From the UHGV virus genome UHGV-0036034: 26,061 nucleotides of DNA; one strand, given 5' to 3'. Origin of the DNA: a virus. A program made the translations under genes and the position numbers. The stretch's first letter is position 1, and the number at the start of each line of letters is the position of its first letter. This document shows positions 1 through 5,811 of this stretch, piece after piece. The notes below the pieces were generated by a model. That model made no database searches. It had not been told where the DNA came from and worked only from the letters and a program-made list of their open reading frames with translations.

Positions 1-9
1 TGAAGATAA

Positions 10-37
10 AAAACCCTCTGTAGTAACAGAGGGTTTT
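10..37. terminator. Stem-loop downstream of the lysis cassette, possibly a bidirectional intrinsic terminator
   Basis: Inverted repeat AAAACCCTCTG / CAGAGGGTTTT around a 6-nt loop, with an A-run on one side and a T-run on the other, so it is followed by U residues on either strand. Lies about 150 nt past the Rz stop on the minus strand. Confidence 0.45.
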
Positions 38-186
38 GTTCATTCATAGTGCAGGGTCAAATCATTCCCACTCAATTATTTACGACATACATAACCAATT
101 GACTGATAACAACTTTCTGCAACTTGATTTTCACCATACCGTTTTATATACCGTCAACAAAAATCAGTACCATGAAAAATGCCATG

Positions 187-669
187 CTATCTGGTCAGGG
201 TGTCGTACTGTTTTTCGCAGACTCTTCCGGCTTCGGCTGCCCGGTCAGCATACTCTGCCAGTTGTCTATTTCTCTCGAGAGATTTGCTGAACACGTCGGC
301 AAGCAAAACTCCGGTATCTGCGGCTGACGCCCCAGCGCCGACAATGGCGTTATACTGCCTGAGCTGCTCACGGATGGCAACGAGCTGTTGCTGCAACCTG
401 CCAGCGCGAGCGGCAGCATCAAGAGCATCGCTGCGCGCCTGATCGATCCTCTGCTGCGCTTCACGTTCATTGGTCGCTTTCTCCTGTTCGTAGTGCTGAC
501 GAGCCTTTTCTTCTTCGGCTTTGCGGTCTTCTTTCGCCTGCGCATACCCGGCGTCGTACTGACGACTGCCGTGTGCATTCCAGGCTACAACTCCTGACAT
601 GACCAGAACAGCAAGGATCGCCATGATAACCAACTGTTTCCAGTATGCTTTTACGAATGCCCAGATCAT
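187..669 (-). CDS. i-spanin (Rz-like lysis protein)
   Basis: 160-aa ORF with an N-terminal TM helix ([16 protein letters not shown]) followed by a charged Q/R/E/A-rich region. Its ATG overlaps the endolysin stop (ATGA at 666-669). An out-of-frame lipoprotein ORF is embedded, as in lambda Rz/Rz1. Confidence 0.7.
   Translation of the reverse strand: MIWAFVKAYWKQLVIMAILAVLVMSGVVAWNAHGSRQYDAGYAQAKEDRKAEEEKARQHYEQEKATNEREAQQRIDQARSDALDAAARAGRLQQQLVAIREQLRQYNAIVGAGASAADTGVLLADVFSKSLERNRQLAEYADRAAEAGRVCEKQYDTLTR
195..428 (-). CDS. o-spanin (Rz1-like outer-membrane lipoprotein), fully embedded in the Rz frame
   Basis: Internal Met of the +1-frame ORF 195..578 gives [12 protein letters not shown]..., with lipobox L-A-G-C. 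The mature peptide is short and Pro/Ser-rich. Start could equally be the Met three codons later. Confidence 0.65.
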   Translation of the reverse strand: MLLMLPLALAGCSNSSLPSVSSSGSITPLSALGRQPQIPEFCLPTCSANLSREIDNWQSMLTGQPKPEESAKNSTTP

Positions 670-1295
670 ACCGCCAGCACCTTACTGGCAGTGATGTAAC
701 GCGCCCGCCGGTCGTCGATGCCGTTCCTGCCACCATTGATAATCAGAGTTACACGTACAATATCTCCGGAATACTTCATGCAGCCTTTGCTGGAGAAAAA
801 CCACGCCGCGCTACGAGCCGCATATTCGTCCTGCGCCAGCAGTTCAGGATTCTCCAGCAGGTCCACTTTCAGGCCGTTTCCGCAGTCACGATAGTTATTC
901 AAACCGGTAATCTGGATAAGTCCGCGCCCACGGTAATTCCATCCATCGCCTGGGGCATTGTTACCCATGCGTTTGCTGTACACCAGATTTGCGATCGCGC
1001 GCTGGCGCTCGAGTGGCAATGGTGGTTCACCAGCACGGCGACCCAGTGCGTTGGCCTGTCCCTGAGTGAGACGTCCTGCCCGAACAAAGTTAACCAGTCC
1101 TGTGATGCTGTAGTTGAAATTCTCCTGCAACCTGGTGAAGCCACCAGACTCATGCCCGACTTGAGCAATAAACATTGCCTGATCTTCTGCTTTGCTGATG
1201 CCAAACTCTTTCATTGCAGAAGTTATATGCGAGAACCAGCGAGCGGCCAGCGCCTCGCTAATACCAGCAGCTCGCTGGAATTGTTTAATGTCCAT
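666..1295 (-). CDS. Endolysin, glycoside hydrolase family 19 (chitinase-like lysozyme)
   Basis: 209-aa ORF with GH19-type motifs [10 protein letters not shown] and [16 protein letters not shown]. Sits between the membrane proteins and the spanins in a lysis cassette. Confidence 0.85.
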   Translation of the reverse strand: MDIKQFQRAAGISEALAARWFSHITSAMKEFGISKAEDQAMFIAQVGHESGGFTRLQENFNYSITGLVNFVRAGRLTQGQANALGRRAGEPPLPLERQRAIANLVYSKRMGNNAPGDGWNYRGRGLIQITGLNNYRDCGNGLKVDLLENPELLAQDEYAARSAAWFFSSKGCMKYSGDIVRVTLIINGGRNGIDDRRARYITASKVLAV

Positions 1296-1578
1296 GCTGA
1301 GACCTCGTTATCTTGAAAATTTGCACCACGTTCCCTTTTGTCTTGATAAGGGCTGCCAGGAACACGGCTTTGATGATGATTTCTGACCAATCTGCGCATA
1401 TGTAATGCCCGTAAAAAGTACGAATAGGCACGCTGGCAGCAGAGACAATAAGAAGGTAAGCCAGCCACCCGCCCCACCAGCGATGGCGTGCCCCGTCACG
1501 ACGGAACAGCAGGACTCTGATTGCAATTCCGCCGCAGATTGCGGCGTTCAGGATGAGAAGTAGCTCAGGACTGGCCAT
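1285..1578 (-). CDS. Small membrane protein, candidate holin or antiholin partner
   Basis: About 97 aa from the internal ATG at 1578 ([25 protein letters not shown]...). Two to three hydrophobic helices. Its stop overlaps the endolysin start by 11 nt. The longer 1285..1740 track ORF would overlap the upstream gene, so it is disfavoured. Confidence 0.5.
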   Translation of the reverse strand: MASPELLLILNAAICGGIAIRVLLFRRDGARHRWWGGWLAYLLIVSAASVPIRTFYGHYICADWSEIIIKAVFLAALIKTKGNVVQIFKITRSQHGH

Positions 1579-1981
1579 CGTCTTTTCTCCCCGGGATAAG
1601 GTCGCGCGGATTTTCAGAGCTGTGATACAGCCAGATACCAATGCGGACAGCAACGATTGCTGATACGAAAGCACCGGCAGAAAACACAATGCCCTTCTCA
1701 AAAGAATCCTGCGTGATCGTTGGTATGAGGCTGGCAACACCGATGAGAATTGATGCTGTCGCTTTGTAGAAGAGAACTCCGCAGAGGAAGCTGAGAATAG
1801 CCAGGATCAGCCGCCGTTTTATTGGGTACTCAACTGCCGAGGTAACAAAAATTACCGCACCAGCAAGAGCACCTAACGCTACTTCTGGAGGAACCCCGGC
1901 AACAACGGAAGCCAGCGCACCAAGGCTAAGCCCCTGATTAAGTGACTCCGTTGTCAGCGTGGTTGCCATAGTGACCACCAT
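1565..1981 (-). CDS. Holin-like multi-TM membrane protein
   Basis: 138-aa ORF (134 aa if started at the second Met, codon 1969), MVVTMATTLTTESLNQGLSLGALASVVAGV..., with 3-4 predicted TM segments. First gene of the lysis cassette. Two in-frame Met codons four residues apart; GGTGG lies 5 nt before the second. Confidence 0.55.
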   Translation of the reverse strand: MVVTMATTLTTESLNQGLSLGALASVVAGVPPEVALGALAGAVIFVTSAVEYPIKRRLILAILSFLCGVLFYKATASILIGVASLIPTITQDSFEKGIVFSAGAFVSAIVAVRIGIWLYHSSENPRDLIPGRKDDGQS

Positions 1982-2031
1982 CTATTGTGCATAATAACCT
2001 CCTTAGTTGGAGAGTTTATCATACACATTTT

Positions 2032-2045
2032 AACCATATATGGTT
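2032..2045. promoter_or_regulatory. Perfect 14-bp palindrome AACCATATATGGTT between tailspike and lysis genes
   Basis: Read directly from the sequence. Lies in an AT-rich intergenic stretch with -10-like hexamers (TAAAAT, TATAAT) on the minus strand just upstream of the holin RBS AAGGAGG. Confidence 0.35.
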
Positions 2046-2083
2046 GACTGTGATTGATTATATCTATGGCATATTTTTAACGA

Positions 2084-4486
2084 TCACGCCCATGTCGCAT
2101 CTATGTAGAACGTTGGAGATGTAGTGGTGGACCCTTCAATCGATATTTGTCCTGTTGAAGCATTAATGGTGGCCATTGCCATGCCAAATGAAACGCCATC
2201 ATCAGTGAACGGTACAGGGACATTTTTGGTTACTTTTGGTCTGCACCACCTCGGAAGCGTTAGAACAGTATTGCCATTCGCAAATGAAGTGGCTGCCAGT
2301 TTAATATTAATTGAATTGGCAGTTAAACTTGACGGTGCCTGTACTGTTACGTTTGTTCCAGCCCACCATTGAACAGCTGCTCTTGGCGTGTAATCAACAC
2401 GCGACCACCAGTCGATAATGGCAGAGCAGATAATTTCCGCATACAGACGATACCCTAACTGGCTTTGGTGAATGTCATCACGCAGAAGTGGGTCGTATTG
2501 CGTGTTGAAATACTCTGGATATGGGGCCGGGAGCTGGTGAGTTGTTGTTACACAAATGACGTTATTGCCATATTTCATCATCTGGCGTTTACCAGCCTCG
2601 CGTAACTCCGCAACACCATCGTAATTTGCTGATGGCTGACCAGCCCCTCCAATAAATGACTGGCTATACCACATCCACGGCTCAACCCAAACAGGTACAC
2701 GCCCGAGACTGTTGCAATATAAGACAAACTCATCTATCAGTGCCGCCATATAATCGCCGTTTTGGTTTCCCTGCCCTTCGTTAGTTCCGGCAACCATAAT
2801 AACGATGTAAGCATCACCCGGCCCCTGAGCCTTCAGGAGATCTAACTGTTGCCTCATTGTCTGTCCGGCAACCGCCTTGTTTACAATGCTATATGAACGG
2901 TGTCCGTTCGCTCCATCCATTAATTGCGGAATGTACGAGCTGAACGCAGAAATGAAATCCTCAGCTGTACTATCACCGTGGATAAGGATATTAAGTGGAG
3001 GCTTACAGTGCACACCATTATCAGAGGTATAGCTAGTCACGCCAGTTACTCGTACAATCGTATTGGGAGCACTACTATTAGCTACAAATCCTACCTCGTA
3101 AACGTCACCTACCGCCGAAGTATCATATGGCAGTCTAAAGCTAACACCATTCATTGTAATTACAGCCCAGTTCTTTGACTGTAATGCCACCCCAATAGTA
3201 GCCTTACCGGGAGCGTAGGACAGCAACCCTCCAGGAAGTGAGAATGGAGAACCGTTTACTACCGCGCCTCCAATTGCTTTCTGCCGTACATCCCATTGTG
3301 GAGCACCAGGAGCGCCGTAGAACATCACCCATCCACCTGAGCACCGTAACACAATACCCACTTCATTAAGAGTATTAGACTCAGCACGAATATGTCCTGA
3401 CACATGCTCACCTACTGCAATGGGTACGAACAATCCACGGGTAACAGAATCGGGTAGAGCAAATAGGGCTGCCGTTTCGGAGCTAGCGAATAATGGACCC
3501 TGAGGCGTAAATGAATCCCCGTCCACTGCATAGACAACACAATCAGACCATTCCACTCGCTTCATGCGAATAGGGTTTCGGTTGAGGATGGCCTGCTTAG
3601 CCAGATAATCCACTTCTCCACCGGTTGTTGTGAAATTAAGATGGGAAAACTCAAAAGTGCATTCACCTTCAAACTTCAGCGACTTATAAAGCGAGTAAAG
3701 ATCGCTGTCGAATTTAAGAATGACGTTTTTATCAACGATTACACGGGAGTTTTGCAGATTTCCTGCCTGTGAGGCCGTTCCTGGTATTGTATAAGTTTTC
3801 TTTGTTGCAGAGTGGCAAGGGAAATAAACATAGCCATAGAGATTTACACTCTCCACCCATGCTGCAACAACGTTTGATTGATTGTAAGATGGCATAACGG
3901 TGATTGGTATCGGCTCAAATTTATCCACACCACCGATCTTTTTCCATCCGTCAGGCTGAGCAAGAAGAATCAGCACTTCACTGGCAGAAGCACTCGGAGG
4001 GAGAATGGCTATAGGCTGCCCACTGTCATCCCAGCCAAAAATCATATTCCGGCGACTTGATACCTTTGGCACCAGGTTTACACTGTTTTCAGGAACCCTA
4101 AGCGTATTTCTCTGAAGAGCACCGATGTTGAACATCGCATGCTGAATAAGCATGGTCAGGTAGTCGAATGCATCCTCATGGACCTCTGCAAAAAATTTCC
4201 CCTGATTTCTTAAATCAGTTTCCTGCACTGCTGGAAGGTTACGAGTGATTGATATTGTAATGCCTGGCAAAACAGGAGATGACGTAATAACGCTTCCACC
4301 GGAAGATAAGCCAGCACCTGTAACCATGTAATCTGTCCCCAGGCTCATTGGAGAAACAAGACCGTCAGCGGTTATTGTGCTTACATCAAGATCTGTGTCT
4401 TTAAAAATTCTGAAAGTATATGGGAATGATGTCGTGACTCCATTCCCGAGATACTCATTGTGGCTGATTTCGGTTGAGACTGTCAT
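2084..4486 (-). CDS. Tailspike with podovirus-type N-terminal tail-attachment domain and C-terminal SGNH/GDSL esterase domain
   Basis: 800-aa ORF with GGAG RBS 8 nt before the ATG. The N-terminus (MTVSTEISHNEYLGNGVTTSFPYTFRIF) matches the conserved pattern of T7 gp17-like tail-fibre/tailspike N-termini. The C-terminal part carries the SGNH blocks in order: GDS (NILIHGDSTAEDF, Ser about 506), GTNE (about 567-570), DxxH (DDIH, about 670-673). Confidence 0.85.
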   Translation of the reverse strand: MTVSTEISHNEYLGNGVTTSFPYTFRIFKDTDLDVSTITADGLVSPMSLGTDYMVTGAGLSSGGSVITSSPVLPGITISITRNLPAVQETDLRNQGKFFAEVHEDAFDYLTMLIQHAMFNIGALQRNTLRVPENSVNLVPKVSSRRNMIFGWDDSGQPIAILPPSASASEVLILLAQPDGWKKIGGVDKFEPIPITVMPSYNQSNVVAAWVESVNLYGYVYFPCHSATKKTYTIPGTASQAGNLQNSRVIVDKNVILKFDSDLYSLYKSLKFEGECTFEFSHLNFTTTGGEVDYLAKQAILNRNPIRMKRVEWSDCVVYAVDGDSFTPQGPLFASSETAALFALPDSVTRGLFVPIAVGEHVSGHIRAESNTLNEVGIVLRCSGGWVMFYGAPGAPQWDVRQKAIGGAVVNGSPFSLPGGLLSYAPGKATIGVALQSKNWAVITMNGVSFRLPYDTSAVGDVYEVGFVANSSAPNTIVRVTGVTSYTSDNGVHCKPPLNILIHGDSTAEDFISAFSSYIPQLMDGANGHRSYSIVNKAVAGQTMRQQLDLLKAQGPGDAYIVIMVAGTNEGQGNQNGDYMAALIDEFVLYCNSLGRVPVWVEPWMWYSQSFIGGAGQPSANYDGVAELREAGKRQMMKYGNNVICVTTTHQLPAPYPEYFNTQYDPLLRDDIHQSQLGYRLYAEIICSAIIDWWSRVDYTPRAAVQWWAGTNVTVQAPSSLTANSINIKLAATSFANGNTVLTLPRWCRPKVTKNVPVPFTDDGVSFGMAMATINASTGQISIEGSTTTSPTFYIDATWA

Positions 4487-4563
4487 GTTAATTCTCCAGA
4501 TAGTCGCAGCACCCGTTGCGCCGCATATCCGGTTATTCTATTACCCGAAAAACCACATATGGA

Positions 4564-4605
4564 TAGACAACCCATAAATACGAACAGATATTACCTTTCA
4601 GGTGA
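4564..4605 (+). promoter_or_regulatory. Promoter-like element with 15-bp inverted-repeat site (copy A)
   Basis: -35-like TAGACA (4564-4569), 17-bp spacer, -10-like GATATT (4587-4592), then TTACCTTTCAGGTGA (4591-4605). Sits about 90 nt upstream of the 86-aa plus-strand gene. Confidence 0.4.
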
Positions 4606-4623
4606 TTCGCAAAACGTGCTGGA

Positions 4624-4644
4624 TAGCAAACAAATTATTTGCTA
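4624..4644. promoter_or_regulatory. Inverted repeat TAGCAAA-N7-TTTGCTA in the leader of the 86-aa gene
   Basis: Read directly. It is the second copy of a TGGATAG(A/-)CAA direct repeat (4560-4570 and 4620-4630) and is followed by an AT-rich TATAAATATA stretch. Confidence 0.3.
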
Positions 4645-4681
4645 CTGTATAAATATACAGTTATTGCATGGAGAAGATAAG

Positions 4682-4939
4682 ATGCAGCAGTATCACTATC
4701 CACTGGAAGACGGATTTACCGAAAGGATTCACACGCCGGGAGGCGTCAGGTCACTGGTGGAGGGATCGCACTTGATGAAATTACTCCGGGATCTCGATAA
4801 GGATGGATTTAATGTCGATGGCCCACTTGCCGAACTGACTGCACTGATTAACTACGTCACCAGCTCGCAGATGTCTATGCAGGATCTGCAAACACATCTC
4901 GACTATTGTGCCGAACAATTACGAAAACAAACCAGATAA
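4682..4939 (+). CDS. Hypothetical protein (86 aa), plus-strand cargo gene
   Basis: ATG at 4682 preceded by GGAG at an 8-nt spacing. Opposite orientation to the structural operon. Protein MQQYHYPLEDGFTERIHTPGGVRSLVEG... has no recognisable motif. The track start at 4559 has no RBS. Confidence 0.55.
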   Translation: MQQYHYPLEDGFTERIHTPGGVRSLVEGSHLMKLLRDLDKDGFNVDGPLAELTALINYVTSSQMSMQDLQTHLDYCAEQLRKQTR

Positions 4940-4942
4940 GGT

Positions 4943-4985
4943 TTGAAATTACCAAATGGAGTGCTTATATTTACCTTTGCGGTAA
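4943..4985 (+). promoter_or_regulatory. Promoter-like element with 15-bp inverted-repeat site (copy A')
   Basis: -35 TTGAAA (4943-4948), 17-bp spacer, -10 TATATT (4966-4971), then TTACCTTTGCGGTAA (4971-4985). The same inverted repeat could instead fold as a weak terminator hairpin for the 86-aa gene. Confidence 0.4.
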
Positions 4986-5126
4986 ATTTACATCGCACTC
5001 CTCTTGTGCCATAGTAATCGGGCACTGGCAAAATCCAGTGCTGGGATTGGTCTCCCGGATTACTACAGAGTTAGTGCTACACTCATTGACGCCACATTGA
5101 GGTGGCTTATAGATGGAAATTTCACA

Positions 5127-5288
5127 ATGAAAAAAGCATTTGCTGCACTGTTCGTTTTGTTGTCTCTGGTAGCTTCAACTCAGGCCTTTGCCGGTCGTTG
5201 TCAGCACGACAGCGACACTGCTGCTGACGGCTCCCGCTGCGGTGGGCGTTCTGCGGATTCCCGCCCTGGCGGCGGTGGCATTCGTTAA
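5127..5288 (+). CDS. Signal-peptide microprotein (53 aa)
   Basis: MKKAFAALFVLLSLVASTQAFA-GRCQHDSDTAADGSRCGGRSADSRPGGGGIR: textbook Sec signal (basic n-region, hydrophobic core, AFA-G cleavage motif) and a roughly 31-aa Gly/Arg/Asp-rich mature part with two Cys. No obvious RBS; possible upstream promoter TTGACG (5086-5091). Confidence 0.4.
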   Translation: MKKAFAALFVLLSLVASTQAFAGRCQHDSDTAADGSRCGGRSADSRPGGGGIR

Positions 5289-5310
5289 AAACAAGGCCGC
5301 GAAAGCGGCC
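5285..5310 (-). terminator. Intrinsic terminator of the minus-strand ejection/membrane-protein operon (convergent with the plus-strand cargo)
   Basis: GGCCGC-GAAA-GCGGCC hairpin (5295-5310), followed on the minus strand by TTGTTTTT. Lies directly after the stop of the 98-aa membrane protein gene. Confidence 0.55.
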
Positions 5311-5311
5311 T

Positions 5312-5323
5312 GTGACATGTCAC
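5312..5323. repeat. 12-bp perfect palindrome GTGACATGTCAC, copy 1
   Basis: Exact 12-mer. It overlaps the TGA stop of the membrane-protein gene 5320..5616 and abuts the terminator hairpin. Confidence 0.9.
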
Positions 5324-5616
5324 GTTCCTTTTCTGAATGATAGCCGTTCGAAAAATGATGACATTCCACCGCAGACAATAGCAAAGATGATCCCACCAAA
5401 GAAGAGAAGGCCAGCCTGCCACCACTCCCACCGCCATACATCCACAGCACCAACCATACCAACAATCGCTCCAACAAATGGAATATAGCTCACGATGAAA
5501 GCAATGGGGGCTGCAATTATCCAGTGCAATCCCCACCATGATTCAAGCCCAGCCATAATTGCTGCCAACTGAAAAAGACCAACGACGATATAAACAATGA
5601 ATCCTATAGCTTGCAT
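5320..5616 (-). CDS. Small Trp-rich integral membrane protein (98 aa, about 3 TM)
   Basis: AGGTGA RBS 6-11 nt upstream of the ATG. Three long hydrophobic segments (IGFIVYIVVGLFQLAAIMAGL, IIAAPIAFIVSYIPFVGAIVGMVGAV, LLFFGGIIFAIVCGGM). Last gene of the minus-strand operon before the terminator. Confidence 0.7.
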   Translation of the reverse strand: MQAIGFIVYIVVGLFQLAAIMAGLESWWGLHWIIAAPIAFIVSYIPFVGAIVGMVGAVDVWRWEWWQAGLLFFGGIIFAIVCGGMSSFFERLSFRKGT

Positions 5617-5628
5617 GTAGTCACCTAT

Positions 5629-5802
5629 TTACCCAGTAAAAATCAGAGGCCTCCCCTCAATAAGGCTTGCAACAAGAACTATTCCCTGCACAACAAAGAT
5701 GAACCAGCAAATAGCTTGAGTCTGAGGGTTAAGAAAATATTTGTAGCGGTCAATAAATAACAACCCACCAGAAATTATCACACTCAAAATAATTAAAAAC
5801 AC
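5629..5802 (-). CDS. Candidate small 2-TM membrane peptide (about 57 aa, GTG start), below the 60-aa track cutoff
   Basis: Open frame immediately after the TAA of the 824-aa gene. AAGGAAG RBS overlaps that stop, then GTG about 4 nt downstream. Translation V/MFLIILSVIISGGLLFIDRYKYFLNPQTQAICWFIFVVQGIVLVASLIEGRPLIFTG. Its stop overlaps the RBS of the next gene. Confidence 0.35.
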   Translation of the reverse strand: MFLIILSVIISGGLLFIDRYKYFLNPQTQAICWFIFVVQGIVLVASLIEGRPLIFTG

Positions 5803-5811
5803 AACACTTCC

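Noticed and set aside
36-442. Plus-strand ORFs 36..290, 124..327 and 179..442 overlapping the Rz region
   Set aside because: They are antisense to the well-supported Rz/Rz1 genes, have no RBS and no recognisable features; shadow ORFs.
4559-4681. Upstream ATG at 4559 as the start of the plus-strand 86-aa gene
   Set aside because: No RBS, and the stretch contains promoter/operator-like repeats; ATG 4682 has a well-spaced GGAG.
5311-5324. Reading the GTGACATGTCAC palindrome as a CRP-type site (TGTGA...TCACA)
   Set aside because: The half-site spacing is 4 rather than 6 bp, and only one of three copies has the flanking T; not a convincing CRP site.
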